This document shows positions 9,802 through 21,111 of a DNA stretch of 64,000 nt, in pieces. Origin of the DNA: an uncultured Pelagibacteraceae bacterium (lineage in GTDB: Bacteria > Pseudomonadota > Alphaproteobacteria > Pelagibacterales > AG-422-B15); the NCBI GenBank assembly GCA_902590345.1, contig CACIWK010000002.1, positions 30,625 to 94,624 of the forward strand. Reading direction: 5' to 3'. Position numbers and translations under genes: made by a program. Each line of letters opens with the position of its first letter. Position 1 is the stretch's first letter. The notes beneath the pieces are model-generated. The model did not search any database. It had not been told where the DNA came from and was given only the letters and a program-made list of their open reading frames with translations.

Positions 9802-11093
9802 CAATTTTTGCACTATCAACTGCCAGCGGTGTTGCGGGGTTAGCGGTTGTAAGAGTCTCAGGACATCTAGCGCTCACCGCTCTTAAAATAATTTCTAGAA
9901 AGAGTCACTTCGATCCAAACGTCCTAACAAAATCAGAATTTTATGATCCAGAAAGCGGCAACTTAATTGACAAAGGTCTTGCTGTATTTTTCTCAAAACC
10001 CAAAAGTTTCACAGGTGAAGATGTTGTTGAGTTTCATGTTCATGGCGGCCATACAACTGTTCAGCTTTTACTCAAATCACTTTCTAACATTGATCAGCTG
10101 AGACTTGCTCAACCTGGTGAATTTTCAAAAAGAGCATTTGTGAACAACAAAATGGATCTTACAGCAATTGAAGCCATGGGCGATCTAATTAATGCGCAAA
10201 CTGAAATTCAACATAATCAAGCACTGTCCCAGATGAATGGCTCACTGAATAAATTATATTTATCATGGAGAAAGTCTCTAATAGAGTTAGTTGCCTATCT
10301 CGAAGCGGATATAGATTTTGCAGATGAAGATATTCCTGAAAATGTTCTTAACAATATCAATTCAAAAATTGAAAAACTTTTAGACGAAATGAATGAACAC
10401 TTAAAACAACGTAATCAAGGAGAAATATTAAGAGACGGTTATAAAGTGGCCATCATTGGATCCCCAAATGTTGGTAAATCAAGTTTGATAAATTCACTTG
10501 CTAATCGTGATGTTGCCATTGTGTCTGATAGGGAGGGTACGACTAGAGACGCGATTGAAGTAAGGCTAAATATTGCTGGATTTCCAGTCATTTTTACAGA
10601 CACTGCGGGCCTAAGAGATACTGAAGACGAGATTGAAAAAAAAGGAATTGAGATAACCCAAAGTAAAATTAAAGAAGCAAATTTAGTTTTAGAATTATTT
10701 GATGATCCTAATAATGTTGAGTTACATGAGGATCGACTTACAGTTCTAAATAAATGTGACTTACATAATAATTATAAACAAGAAGGTTGTATCAATATTT
10801 CGGTTTCAAATGGAAGCGGTATTGATAATTTAATCAATAAAATTGCTGAGCATGTATCAAACAAATTCATAAGTTACACCGATACCATACCAACAAAGAC
10901 TCGATATATCTTAGGTGTTCAAAATTCTGTACAAAGTTTACTAAGTGCAAAAAGTATAGATTTAAAAGTTAATTCTGAACTTATGGTCGAGGAGTTAAGA
11001 TTAGCCATTCAAGAAATCGGAAAAATAACAGGTCATGTTGATGTAGAAGAATATTTAGAAGTTATTTTTAAAGATTTTTGCATCGGTAAATAA
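9798..11093 (+). CDS. mnmE: tRNA modification GTPase MnmE
   Basis: TIFALST, SFTGED..E..HGG, GSPNVGKSS, GTTRD, DTAG, NKCD and C-terminal FCIGK. Confidence 0.98.
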   Translation: MTIFALSTASGVAGLAVVRVSGHLALTALKIISRKSHFDPNVLTKSEFYDPESGNLIDKGLAVFFSKPKSFTGEDVVEFHVHGGHTTVQLLLKSLSNIDQLRLAQPGEFSKRAFVNNKMDLTAIEAMGDLINAQTEIQHNQALSQMNGSLNKLYLSWRKSLIELVAYLEADIDFADEDIPENVLNNINSKIEKLLDEMNEHLKQRNQGEILRDGYKVAIIGSPNVGKSSLINSLANRDVAIVSDREGTTRDAIEVRLNIAGFPVIFTDTAGLRDTEDEIEKKGIEITQSKIKEANLVLELFDDPNNVELHEDRLTVLNKCDLHNNYKQEGCINISVSNGSGIDNLINKIAEHVSNKFISYTDTIPTKTRYILGVQNSVQSLLSAKSIDLKVNSELMVEELRLAIQEIGKITGHVDVEEYLEVIFKDFCIGK

Positions 11094-11115
11094 AAAAATA
11101 ATTGATTGCAATTAG

Positions 11116-11138
11116 TCTAAGTTAATTTAATTAACTTA
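11116..11138. repeat. AT-rich palindrome TAAGTTAATT-T-AATTAACTTA, copy 1
   Basis: 10-bp perfect arms at 11118-11138; 17-nt identity (TCTAAGTTAATTTAATT) with 22803-22819. Confidence 0.6.
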
Positions 11139-11141
11139 TTC

Positions 11142-13010
11142 ATGACTAGTTATGACGTTGTAGTAGTTGGAGGAGGGCATGCCGGCTGTGAAGCCGCAAC
11201 CACATCCGCGCGTGTTGGTGCAAAAACCCTCTTAATCAGCCATAAATTTGATACTATTGGGGAAATGTCCTGTAATCCTGCTATTGGTGGTCTTGGCAAA
11301 GGTCACTTAGTAAGGGAAATCGATGCATTGGACGGAATAATGGGGCGTATAGCTGATTTATCAAGTATTCAATATAGGTTACTCAATAGAACAAAAGGCC
11401 CTGCAGTAAGAGGACCAAGAGCTCAATCGGATAGAAAGCTCTATAAAAAACACATGCAGGAGGTGATTGAAAATACAGAAAATTTAGAACTCTTGTTTGA
11501 CCCTGTAGAAGATTTAATTTTTGATGGTAACAAACAAATTGCTGGTGTGATTTGCGCAAGTGGTAAAAAAATATCCACCAAAAAAGTTATCATTACAACT
11601 GGTACATTTTTGAATGGCTTAATCCACTTAGGTGAAAAAACTATTCCGGCTGGAAGACATGGCGATTCTCCCTCAATAGGACTTGCAGACTCACTCTATA
11701 AAACTGGCTTTAATATTGGACGTTTAAAAACAGGGACACCTGCAAGACTGGATAAAAATACAATAGACTTTTCTAAACTTGAAAAACAGGAAGCTGACGA
11801 TGAGCACTCTTACTTTTCATTTTTAACCGCAAAAACTCATAATGAACAATTACCGTGCCACATGACGTATACAAATGAGGCCGTTCACAATATAATTCAA
11901 AAAAATATAACAAAATCAGCTATTTACTCAGGTCAAATCAGTGGTACAGGGCCAAGATATTGCCCTTCTGTAGAAGATAAAGTTGTAAAATTTGCAGATA
12001 AATTGAGGCATCAAATTTTCTTAGAACCAGAAGGACTTGATAGTGATTTAATATATCCAAATGGCATCTCAACTTCACTCCCACCAGATGTACAGGACGA
12101 ATTCATAAGTAAAATCAATGGTTTAGAGAATGCTAAAATAGTAAGGCACGGTTATGCAATTGAATATGATTTTATTGATCCACAAGAACTTTACCAAACA
12201 TTGGAAACAAAAAAAATAAAAGGTCTTTATCTTGCTGGTCAAATAAACGGCACAACAGGTTATGAGGAAGCTGCTGCGCAAGGGCTCGTAGCAGGTTTAA
12301 ATGCTGCAATCTCCCTAAGTAATAAAGAACATGTTTTTTCAAGAAATGACTCATACATTGGTGTAATGATTGACGACTTAACTCTAAAAGGAGTTACTGA
12401 GCCCTACAGAATGTTCACTTCTAGGGCAGAATACAGATTGTTATTAAGAGCAGATAATGCAGATTTAAGATTAACAGAGGTTGGCTACAATTTAGGGTTA
12501 GTTGAAGCTGGCAGATATGAAAAGTATTCAGCTAAAAAAATTGAACTTGAAAAAGTCAATAAAATTATTAAAAATCAATATGTTACACCTAATGCACTTT
12601 TAAAGATTGGAGTTCAAATTAATCAAGATGGCAAAAAAAGATCAGCTTTTGACTTATTAGCTTATCCTAATATCGATATTGATAAAATAGATGAGATCTT
12701 TGACTTAAATCTAAAGCAATATAGTAATGAAATTCTTGATCAAATAACAACAGAGGCTCATTACAAAGGCTATCTTAAGAAGCAAGAAAGTGAGATCATT
12801 TCACTTACTAAAGAGGAAAAAGTTGAAATTCCCACTAATCTGAATTACGAATTAATTCCCAGTTTATCAACAGAAATCGTTGAAAAATTGACAAAAATTA
12901 AGCCTAAAAACTTATCTCAAGCATCAAGAATTGATGGAGTTACGCCTGCAGCTCTCAGTGTTATTTTATCATATATAAAAAGCAAAGCTAAATCTCAAAA
13001 ATTAGCTTAA
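11142..13010 (+). CDS. mnmG: tRNA uridine 5-carboxymethylaminomethyl modification enzyme MnmG/GidA
   Basis: GGGHAGCEAA, MSCNPAIGG, GPRYCPS, AGQINGTTGYEEAAAQG and YRMFTSRAEYRL motifs. Confidence 0.99.
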   Translation: MTSYDVVVVGGGHAGCEAATTSARVGAKTLLISHKFDTIGEMSCNPAIGGLGKGHLVREIDALDGIMGRIADLSSIQYRLLNRTKGPAVRGPRAQSDRKLYKKHMQEVIENTENLELLFDPVEDLIFDGNKQIAGVICASGKKISTKKVIITTGTFLNGLIHLGEKTIPAGRHGDSPSIGLADSLYKTGFNIGRLKTGTPARLDKNTIDFSKLEKQEADDEHSYFSFLTAKTHNEQLPCHMTYTNEAVHNIIQKNITKSAIYSGQISGTGPRYCPSVEDKVVKFADKLRHQIFLEPEGLDSDLIYPNGISTSLPPDVQDEFISKINGLENAKIVRHGYAIEYDFIDPQELYQTLETKKIKGLYLAGQINGTTGYEEAAAQGLVAGLNAAISLSNKEHVFSRNDSYIGVMIDDLTLKGVTEPYRMFTSRAEYRLLLRADNADLRLTEVGYNLGLVEAGRYEKYSAKKIELEKVNKIIKNQYVTPNALLKIGVQINQDGKKRSAFDLLAYPNIDIDKIDEIFDLNLKQYSNEILDQITTEAHYKGYLKKQESEIISLTKEEKVEIPTNLNYELIPSLSTEIVEKLTKIKPKNLSQASRIDGVTPAALSVILSYIKSKAKSQKLA

Positions 13011-13020
13011 TATCAAAATA

Positions 13021-13644
13021 ATGATTGATTCGCCTGATGCTCTAAAAGAGCTCTTGCCAAATGTTTCACGTGAAACAATAGAAAAATTGGCAGAATTCAG
13101 GGAAATGATTTTAGCAGAAGACCAAAACTTAATATCAAAGAATGATAAAAATTATATCTGGATAAGACACTTCTATGATTCTTTAAGATTAGCTCAGTTT
13201 ATAACTAGCAATGGAAATGATATCATTGATATTGGCAGTGGCGCTGGCCTTCCAGGTATACCAGTTTCGATAATATTTGGCTCAAAAAATAAGGTTTTTT
13301 TATGTGAAAATAGACCTAAAAGAGTTTCGTTTCTTAACAAATGTATTGTTAACTTAGATCTTAAAAACACTGAAGTGATTCCCATTAAAGCAGAAAAAAT
13401 TGAAAATAAAAAATTTGATATCATTTTAGCAAGAGCTGTTAGCCAATTAAATCATTTATTATCAATTAGTTATAATATATGCAAAAAAAACACTACATTG
13501 CTTTTGCATAAAGGTGTACATATAGAAGAAGAGATCGTGCAAGCTACTAAATGTTGGGATTTTACTTATGTATTGCATGAAAATGAAAGAGAAAAGGGTT
13601 CTTTTATTTTGGAATTAAAAAATATAATAAAATCAATAACTTAA
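13021..13644 (+). CDS. rsmG: 16S rRNA m7G527 methyltransferase RsmG/GidB
   Basis: NLIS, RHFYDS, DIGSGAGLPG and ARAV motifs; lies between mnmG and parA. Confidence 0.95.
   Translation: MIDSPDALKELLPNVSRETIEKLAEFREMILAEDQNLISKNDKNYIWIRHFYDSLRLAQFITSNGNDIIDIGSGAGLPGIPVSIIFGSKNKVFLCENRPKRVSFLNKCIVNLDLKNTEVIPIKAEKIENKKFDIILARAVSQLNHLLSISYNICKKNTTLLLHKGVHIEEEIVQATKCWDFTYVLHENEREKGSFILELKNIIKSIT
13062..13077. promoter_or_regulatory. parS centromere site (ParB binding) inside rsmG
   Basis: Perfect consensus palindrome TGTTTCACGTGAAACA, about 570 bp upstream of parA. Confidence 0.95.
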
Positions 13645-14432
13645 TGAAAAATAAAATTATAGCTATCTCGAATCAGAAAGGTGGAGTGGGAAAAACTACA
13701 ACAGCAATAAACTTATCCACAGCCTTAGCCGCTATTGGGGAAAAAGTTTTAATTATTGATCTCGACCCTCAAGGAAATGCTAGCACTGGCTTAGGCATAG
13801 ATTATCAAAAGAGATCAAACTCAATTTATGAAGTTCTGGCATCTCAAAGCAATTTATATGATGCAATTCAAAATACTGAAATAGAAAATTTAAAAATAAT
13901 TCCATCCACTGTGGATCTATCAGGCATTGAACCTGAACTTGCTGAAGTAAATGATAGAGCTTTTACACTTAAAAAAATTTTAACAGACCAAAACTCATTA
14001 AATGATTTTAGTTTTGTTTTTATTGATTGCCCACCAGCTTTAAGTCTTCTCACTGTCATGGCAATGACCGCAGCTGATTCTGTCATAGTCCCACTTCAAT
14101 GCGAATTTTTTGCTTTAGAAGGTCTTAGTCAATTAATAAAAACAATTGATAGGGTTAAACAAAATCTAAATCAAAATCTAACAATCGATGGAATAGTTTT
14201 AACAATGTTTGATGGAAGAAATAAACTTTCTTCACAAGTTGCTGACGATGTTAAAAAACATTTAAGTCAACAAGTTTATGAAACCATCATACCCCGTAAC
14301 GTAAGAGTTTCAGAAGCTCCTTCATTTGGTATGCCTGCATTAATTTATGATCAAAAGGCTGCTGGTAGTCAGGCATATTTAAGATTAGCGGATGAGATCA
14401 TAAGACAAAACAAAGAACAGGAAGCAGCTTAA
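13644..14432 (+). CDS. parA: Chromosome partitioning ATPase ParA
   Basis: NQKGGVGKTTT, DLDPQGNAS, IDCPP, QCEFFALEG and PRNVRVSEAPS motifs. Confidence 0.97.
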   Translation: MKNKIIAISNQKGGVGKTTTAINLSTALAAIGEKVLIIDLDPQGNASTGLGIDYQKRSNSIYEVLASQSNLYDAIQNTEIENLKIIPSTVDLSGIEPELAEVNDRAFTLKKILTDQNSLNDFSFVFIDCPPALSLLTVMAMTAADSVIVPLQCEFFALEGLSQLIKTIDRVKQNLNQNLTIDGIVLTMFDGRNKLSSQVADDVKKHLSQQVYETIIPRNVRVSEAPSFGMPALIYDQKAAGSQAYLRLADEIIRQNKEQEAA

Positions 14433-15292
14433 TGAGTTCATCAATTTCAAAAAAAGGTTTGGGTCGTGGACTTTCATCACTTATGGGTGATACTAAAGAT
14501 GTCTCAATTCAAAATGAAAGTTCGAATCAAGAAACAAAAATTTCTATTTCAAATTTAAAACCAAGTCCGTCACAGCCTCGAAGATTATTTGATAAAAACA
14601 GTATTAATGAATTAGCTGAATCCATAAAATCTAAAGGGCTTGTTCAACCAATATTAGTTAGACCCTCACCAACAGAGTCTGGAACATACGAAATTATTGC
14701 AGGTGAGAGAAGATGGCGAGCAGCCCAAATTGCACAACTTCACGAAATTCCTGCAGTTGTTAGAAAACTAGATGATGTAGAAGCGTTAGAAATCGCAATT
14801 ATAGAAAATGTACAACGTTCTGATCTATCACCAATTGAAGAAGCCGCGGGATATAAAAGATTAATTGAAAACCATGGCCATACTCAAGATGCACTTGCAG
14901 AAATTGTTGGCAAAAGCAGAAGCCACATTGCAAATATTATAAGACTTCTTGGATTACCTCAGTCGATTCAAGACATGATTACAGAAGGAAAAATTTCAGC
15001 AGGTCACGCGCGAGCAATAATGAACAGTGCTTTTCCTGAAAAATTGGCAGAAAAAATTGTAAATGAAAACCTTAGCGTTAGAGCTGCGGAAAACCTTGCA
15101 AAACAAAGAAAATCAGGTGTAAAAAAAGTTAGATTAAAAGACCCGGATACTGTTGATCTGGAAAATAATTTAACTGCAAAATTAGGACTTAGTGTTTCCA
15201 TCGATCATAAAGGGAAAAAAGGTGGTTCAATTAAAATAGAATATAAAACTCTTGATCAATTAGAAATGGTGACTGCTAAATTAAAAAATTAA
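14432..15292 (+). CDS. parB: Chromosome partitioning protein ParB
   Basis: GLGRGL, QPR, IIAGERRWRA, ENVQR.DL and the HTH GKSRSHIAN..RLL. Confidence 0.97.
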   Translation: MSSSISKKGLGRGLSSLMGDTKDVSIQNESSNQETKISISNLKPSPSQPRRLFDKNSINELAESIKSKGLVQPILVRPSPTESGTYEIIAGERRWRAAQIAQLHEIPAVVRKLDDVEALEIAIIENVQRSDLSPIEEAAGYKRLIENHGHTQDALAEIVGKSRSHIANIIRLLGLPQSIQDMITEGKISAGHARAIMNSAFPEKLAEKIVNENLSVRAAENLAKQRKSGVKKVRLKDPDTVDLENNLTAKLGLSVSIDHKGKKGGSIKIEYKTLDQLEMVTAKLKN

Positions 15293-16314
15293 GTTTTAAA
15301 ATATTGTTTTCCACGGTCTGCAATTAATAATATTGATTTTTCACAATTTAAACTTGCTAATTTACTGTTTAATTTACATGAAATTTCAGCCTCCATAAGT
15401 TTACTGAGGTTTGACTCAATACTTTGTAAAGGCCATTTTAAACAATGACTTTGAAAATTTTCCTTATCTTTCCAAAATAAAGGCGGTTTAAGAGTTTGTA
15501 TCGCGCTATCAAAATTATTACCCTTTTTCATTTCAATTTTAGTTTTCTGTATTCTGATCAGATAATTCATTAGACTTCTTACCAAGCTTATTGGACTGGA
15601 GCCCTCAGATAAGAGTTTGTGAATTATTTTTGAACTTTTTAATGTATTACCATTCATCACATTTTCATTCATTCTGTTTAAGTTTTGTGAGCTTGAGTCA
15701 TTGAGCAGAAATTTTGCTTCAGCTAGAGTAAGTTCTTTTTCAGAGTTAGCAATATAAAGACTTATTTTTTCAAGTTCATTATTGTTAATCATACGATCAT
15801 TACTCAGACTTTGTATTAGATAATTTTTTACATCTCTTCTTATTTGTAAATTATATTTTAAAATAAAACTTTCTAGATTTTGTATAAGTGATTTTCTATC
15901 GTCTTCATAACAAGCAAGTGCATAACATAATTTATGATTTTCAAAAAATTTTCTTATCTTGGAGGATTTAGTCAAGTTTTCAGATTTAATAATAAGTACA
16001 GATTGATCAGGTATATCCTCTATAACTTGTTCGATGATCGGTAAATGTTTGTCTCTAATTGTTTCAAGCACAAGTATTTTGCCTTTGTAAAACATCGATA
16101 CTGTTTTTAAAGATGTATCAATTGCACAGTCGTCCTCATCTATTTCTTTTCCACTCAAACTTATAGGTTCAAAATCATGTTTTGAATTAATGTGCTTAAT
16201 GATTTTATTTATTTGTTCTCTTATTAGTCCCTCATTGGGACCGTAGAGCAAGAGGCATAAAAAATTGTTATTCTCTGAGATAATTTTATTTAATTGAAAA
16301 TCTTTAATTATCAT
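15289..16314 (-). CDS. holA: DNA polymerase III delta subunit
   Basis: LLYGPNEGL, L.KSSKIRKFFE, ACYED, ELEKI and PPLFWK motifs; leuS-lptE-holA order. Start chosen at MIIK (alternative 16326). Confidence 0.9.
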   Translation of the reverse strand: MIIKDFQLNKIISENNNFLCLLLYGPNEGLIREQINKIIKHINSKHDFEPISLSGKEIDEDDCAIDTSLKTVSMFYKGKILVLETIRDKHLPIIEQVIEDIPDQSVLIIKSENLTKSSKIRKFFENHKLCYALACYEDDRKSLIQNLESFILKYNLQIRRDVKNYLIQSLSNDRMINNNELEKISLYIANSEKELTLAEAKFLLNDSSSQNLNRMNENVMNGNTLKSSKIIHKLLSEGSSPISLVRSLMNYLIRIQKTKIEMKKGNNFDSAIQTLKPPLFWKDKENFQSHCLKWPLQSIESNLSKLMEAEISCKLNSKLASLNCEKSILLIADRGKQYFKT

Positions 16315-16792
16315 TTGATCTTGCAATACTGCTCTCTACTTTTGAAATCATGATTTGAAGAGCATTTTTTGTTGCATTTCTTGTCATACTTTTTTTCATA
16401 TCTTCGTTATTGAATTCTGACTCACCAACATCGTATTGTGCAAAGCCTCTGGTTATTCCAGTTGACAAAATATTTTCCGTGCTTGTTTCAATAATTTCAA
16501 AATTTATTGATATCTCAATTCTGTATTTTGCTACTGTACCATTTGTATTAATGATTAAGGGTGTTTGTTCTTCTTGGATTTGAAGAAAAACTTCATACGC
16601 AAGATTATCTTTTGAGTGAATAGTTTTCTCAACTTCGTCTTGTATTTCTCTTGAAACCTTATTAACCAACTTTAAGCTGTAGTTTCTAATATCTAGATTA
16701 TCATTTGTAATTTTATAGATTGGACTGAAACCACAACTGATTAATAAAAAATACGCCCCTAATATAACAAGAACTGGTTTTGCTTTAATCAT
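16304..16792 (-). CDS. lptE: LPS assembly lipoprotein LptE
   Basis: Lipobox LISCGFSPIY; position between leuS and holA. Confidence 0.8.
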   Translation of the reverse strand: MIKAKPVLVILGAYFLLISCGFSPIYKITNDNLDIRNYSLKLVNKVSREIQDEVEKTIHSKDNLAYEVFLQIQEEQTPLIINTNGTVAKYRIEISINFEIIETSTENILSTGITRGFAQYDVGESEFNNEDMKKSMTRNATKNALQIMISKVESSIARSNDN

Positions 16793-18521
16793 TACTTAAT
16801 ATTTCTGTCATCTCTTTTAAATATGGCCCATAGCTCTCCCAAGCACCAATGGACTTTTTATTTATTGGTTGCCTAACTTGCTCAAGACTTGCAGTTCTTA
16901 CCTGTCTTTTATTTTTATAAAACTTCATACATCTCTCTTCCCATTTTAAACCACAAAAGTTCAGTAATTCAACCGTAACTTTTTTTTGATCATTCACCAA
17001 TTCTTCGTTATCAAGAATAAAAATATCTTCTTTAAATCTTTCCAGCCATACATGCATTAATTTTTCGTGTAAGAGATAGTAATCGGCGAGGGTTCTTTGA
17101 TTATAACAGTAAAGATGCCTTCCCTCCACAAACCTTTGGGTCAATAGAGAAAAACAATTATCTTCAGGTTTCCTCTTGCAGTAAATTATTTTTGACTCAG
17201 GTAAAATACATTTAATGAGATCTATTAAAAGAAAGTTGTGGGGCATTTTATCGCAAATAAATTTTTCACTATTTCTGTTAATACCTTCTAATAATTCTAG
17301 ATATTTTTCTCTTACAGATAAGAGAGTTTCTTTGTTTACTATATTTTCAAAATATTTATTAATATTATCGTTTTCTGGATTATTCATGACCTCTTGCAAA
17401 TTTGTTAGTTGTAATAGATAACGTAACTCCCCTGCTCCATATACTTCACTATGTGCGGACAAGATCTGCTCACATAAAGTTGTACCTGACCGCGGCATCC
17501 CACAAATGAATATAGGTACTAAAGAACTTTCTTTTTTTTGTATGGAAGGATAATCTCTGTGCTTACTAAGCTTTTCAAATAAAACTTGTTCCTTTTTAAA
17601 GTCATAGTCTTGGACTTCCAAACATAATTCATTCATTGTTTTAAGATATTCGTATGATTTTTTATAATTACCAACATTTCTGAAATACTCAAAAAATCCC
17701 TTAACCAGTGTAATTCTTTGATCCAAACTCAAGTCTGGATTATTAAGTCTAAGAGAAAAGAATTCAATCTCTTGATCATTTAATACATTTTCTCTATCGC
17801 TTGCATATTGAGCAAAAAATTGAATGAGATTTTTCACAGGCTCGTTTCTCATACGTTTACTAAATAAATTTTTAAATCCGTCGTTAACAATCTTTTTGGA
17901 TTTGTTAAAATCACCTGCTTCTCGATAAGCAGTAGCTAAATTAATTTGAAACTCTTCATTATCTGGGTAATCTTTAATAAGCCCTTCCATTAAATGAATA
18001 GCTTTTTCAATGTTATGATTTAAAACAAGCGCTTTAGCATGAGTGCTTATGGTTTTTGGGTTATTCGCATCAATTTTCATTAAAACTTCAGAAAATTTCA
18101 GTGAATTTTCACCATCACCCCTACGAGCATATAAATCAGCTAGATTGTTCACTGCTGGATAATATTCATTTGATATTGATAGTGATTTGTTAAAACATTT
18201 TACCGCTAGTTCATAATCCTTCACTAAAACGTATGAGGTGCCCATATTGTTATAAGCTTCATAGCCATTGGGATTTCTTTTTATACATTTTACAAAAAAA
18301 TCAAAAGACCTCTCAACTTTTCCCGTATCCTGATAAAGTATGCCTAAATGTCGATTTAATTCGTAGCTTTCGGGATGAGTAACAAGAAGTTTTTTATAGA
18401 TATTTTCAGCCTCGACAAATTTTCTTTTTTTGTGAATTTCTATTGCATTTACTAAAATATTAAAAAATTTTTTATCTTCTATACCTTTTCCCTTATTTTT
18501 TCTTCGCTCGTGTCTATTCAT
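16785..18521 (-). CDS. TPR repeat-containing sulfotransferase family protein
   Basis: N-terminal TPR-like repeats (AYNNMG, AVNNLA, INLATAY); PAPS-binding [21 protein letters not shown] and RTAS..QVRQPI motifs. Confidence 0.88.
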   Translation of the reverse strand: MNRHERRKNKGKGIEDKKFFNILVNAIEIHKKRKFVEAENIYKKLLVTHPESYELNRHLGILYQDTGKVERSFDFFVKCIKRNPNGYEAYNNMGTSYVLVKDYELAVKCFNKSLSISNEYYPAVNNLADLYARRGDGENSLKFSEVLMKIDANNPKTISTHAKALVLNHNIEKAIHLMEGLIKDYPDNEEFQINLATAYREAGDFNKSKKIVNDGFKNLFSKRMRNEPVKNLIQFFAQYASDRENVLNDQEIEFFSLRLNNPDLSLDQRITLVKGFFEYFRNVGNYKKSYEYLKTMNELCLEVQDYDFKKEQVLFEKLSKHRDYPSIQKKESSLVPIFICGMPRSGTTLCEQILSAHSEVYGAGELRYLLQLTNLQEVMNNPENDNINKYFENIVNKETLLSVREKYLELLEGINRNSEKFICDKMPHNFLLIDLIKCILPESKIIYCKRKPEDNCFSLLTQRFVEGRHLYCYNQRTLADYYLLHEKLMHVWLERFKEDIFILDNEELVNDQKKVTVELLNFCGLKWEERCMKFYKNKRQVRTASLEQVRQPINKKSIGAWESYGPYLKEMTEILSND

Positions 18522-21090
18522 TTTTTGATATCACAATATTTAGAATTTTATTAGGGACAAATATTTTTTTAATTATAGTTGAGTGCTCGATTTGATCATT
18601 TACACTTTTGATATTTTTAATCTCAGCCATGACCTGCTCTTCGTTTGCTCCAACCTGGGTCTCAACTTCTGCTCTTCTTTTGCCATTAACTTGAATAACA
18701 ACTTTTGTTGTTTCTTCTATGAGATAACTTTCATCAACATTAGGCCAAGGCTCTGATGAAAGAGATGTTTTATTCCCACATAAACTCCAGCATTCCTCTG
18801 CTAAATGAGGAATCATTGGTTCAATTATACGAATTAGAATTTTAAGAGAAATTTTTAACGCAGATTTTTCAGTTTTATCTGCAACCTCAAATTTTGAAAT
18901 GTGATTTATTAATTCATAAATTTTTGCAACACCTACATTCATCTGGAAACTTTCAATACTTTTTGTAACAGCGTCTAGTGATTGGTAGGTTCTTTGTAGA
19001 AGGGTTTTTGCATTTGCTGTCTGATTTTCTTGCTCATCATTGATGTTTGTATCAATTAATATGTCAATATTTGAGGTAATAGTTGTCCAAATTTTTTGAC
19101 AAAACCTCCAAGAACCGTGAATACCAGCATCTGACCAATTAATATCTCGGTCGGGTGGGCTGTCAGATAACATAAACCATCTAGCAGAGTCAGAACCGTA
19201 ATTTTTAATTATTTCTTCTGGATCAATTACGTTTTTTTTAGATTTAGACATCGATTCATTTGCACCAATCGTCACATCTAACCCACTGGATACTTGATAA
19301 AATTTTCCATCTTTTTCTTCTACATCACTTGGAAATACCCATGCGCCATTTTTATTTTTATAGGTCGCGTGACACACCATACCTTGTGTGAAAAGTGATT
19401 TAAACGGTTCATTAACTTTTTTTATCTTCAAGGCTTTTGTAAAAAACCGTGAGTATAACAAATGTAATATTGCGTGCTCAATTCCACCTACATATTGGTC
19501 TACAGGCATCCAATAATCTATTTCGTTTTCATCAAAAGGAGTTTCACTTTTAGGTGAACAAAATCTCAAGAAATACCATGCTGAGTCAACGAATGTATCA
19601 AGAGTGTCAGTTTCTCTAATGGCTTTCATGCCTGTGTGAGGGCATGTCGTATATTTCCATTCCGGATGGTTTTCAAGTGGATTGCCTGATTGGTTTAAAT
19701 CAATTTCATCGGGCAATTTTACAGGCAAGTTTTTTTCAGGAACAGTAATTATTTCACCATCTTCACGGTACATTATTGGTATGGGACAACCCCAATAACG
19801 TTGTCTTGATATACCCCAATCTCTTAACCGATAATTGATTGATTTTTTACCAATATGCATTTTTTCTATTTCATTAATTATTCTATCTTTAGCATCATCA
19901 ATGTTTAAGCCATTCAAAAATGAAGAGTTGATCAGAGTTCCTTGTCCTGTATAAGCTTCGTCTTCCATGGAAGTATCTGAGTCTTGTGGCTTGATGACTT
20001 CAATAATTTCAAGATCATATTTTTTTGCAAAATCAAAATCCCTCTGATCATGAGCAGGACAACCGTAGATTGCGCCAGTTCCATAATCCATAAGAATAAA
20101 GTTTGCAATAAACAACGGCAATTTCTTACCCTTTATGAATGGATGTAAAATTCTTAGTGCTGTAGGAATTCCGATTTTTTCATTTTTTGATATAGTTTCT
20201 TCATTTAATTTTAATGATCGTAGTTTTTTTATTTCTTCGGCAGTGTCTGAGTCACATTTAAGTATTTGATCAACGAATGGATGAAAGGGTGAGATCGCAA
20301 TAAAAGTTGCTCCAAATATAGTATCGGGTCTTGTGGTGAAAATTTCTAATTTTTCGGGCTTATACTGACTATAATCAGACTCAATCTCAAAATGTATCTC
20401 ACATCCAATTGATCGACCAATCCAATTTTTTTGCATAGTCTTAACTTTTTCTGGCCAGCCGGGCATTTCGTCTAAACTCTCAAGGAGTTTGTTTGCATGA
20501 GAGGTTATTTTAAAAAACCACTGAGATAATTTTTTTTGCTCTACGTCAGCGCCCGATCTCCATCCTTTTCCATCAATAACCTGTTCATTTGCCAAGACAG
20601 TATTCTCAACAGGATCCCAATTGACAAGAGACTCTTTTTTGTAAATCAAATTTTGTTTATAAAATTGTAAAAATAATTTTTGTTGCTGATGATAATATTC
20701 TTTATCACACGTAGCCAATTCGCGATTCCAATCTATTGATAGACCCATTGATTTCAGTTGAGATCTCATAGTATTAATATTTTCGTAAGTCCATTTACTC
20801 GGAGAAATATTATTTTCAATAGCTGCATTTTCTGCAGGTAGGCCAAAAGCATCCCAACCCATTGGATGCATTACATTGAAACCTCTGGCTCTTTTGTATC
20901 TTGCTATAACATCACCAAGTGTATAATTCCTTACGTGCCCCATGTGAATCTTACCCGAAGGATAAGGGAACATTTCTAAAATATAATATTTCTCTTTTTC
21001 TTTATTTAGCTCGCTTTTGAAAGTTTTATTCTCTTGCCAGTAGGATTGCCACTTTGACTCAATTGATCTTGGGTTATACTTTTCAGACAT
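18514..21090 (-). CDS. leuS: Leucine-tRNA ligase
   Basis: [46 protein letters not shown] and SMSKS motifs. Confidence 0.99.
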   Translation of the reverse strand: MSEKYNPRSIESKWQSYWQENKTFKSELNKEKEKYYILEMFPYPSGKIHMGHVRNYTLGDVIARYKRARGFNVMHPMGWDAFGLPAENAAIENNISPSKWTYENINTMRSQLKSMGLSIDWNRELATCDKEYYHQQQKLFLQFYKQNLIYKKESLVNWDPVENTVLANEQVIDGKGWRSGADVEQKKLSQWFFKITSHANKLLESLDEMPGWPEKVKTMQKNWIGRSIGCEIHFEIESDYSQYKPEKLEIFTTRPDTIFGATFIAISPFHPFVDQILKCDSDTAEEIKKLRSLKLNEETISKNEKIGIPTALRILHPFIKGKKLPLFIANFILMDYGTGAIYGCPAHDQRDFDFAKKYDLEIIEVIKPQDSDTSMEDEAYTGQGTLINSSFLNGLNIDDAKDRIINEIEKMHIGKKSINYRLRDWGISRQRYWGCPIPIMYREDGEIITVPEKNLPVKLPDEIDLNQSGNPLENHPEWKYTTCPHTGMKAIRETDTLDTFVDSAWYFLRFCSPKSETPFDENEIDYWMPVDQYVGGIEHAILHLLYSRFFTKALKIKKVNEPFKSLFTQGMVCHATYKNKNGAWVFPSDVEEKDGKFYQVSSGLDVTIGANESMSKSKKNVIDPEEIIKNYGSDSARWFMLSDSPPDRDINWSDAGIHGSWRFCQKIWTTITSNIDILIDTNINDEQENQTANAKTLLQRTYQSLDAVTKSIESFQMNVGVAKIYELINHISKFEVADKTEKSALKISLKILIRIIEPMIPHLAEECWSLCGNKTSLSSEPWPNVDESYLIEETTKVVIQVNGKRRAEVETQVGANEEQVMAEIKNIKSVNDQIEHSTIIKKIFVPNKILNIVISKNE

Positions 21091-21111
21091 TTAAATAAAC
21101 TAAGTTATTTA

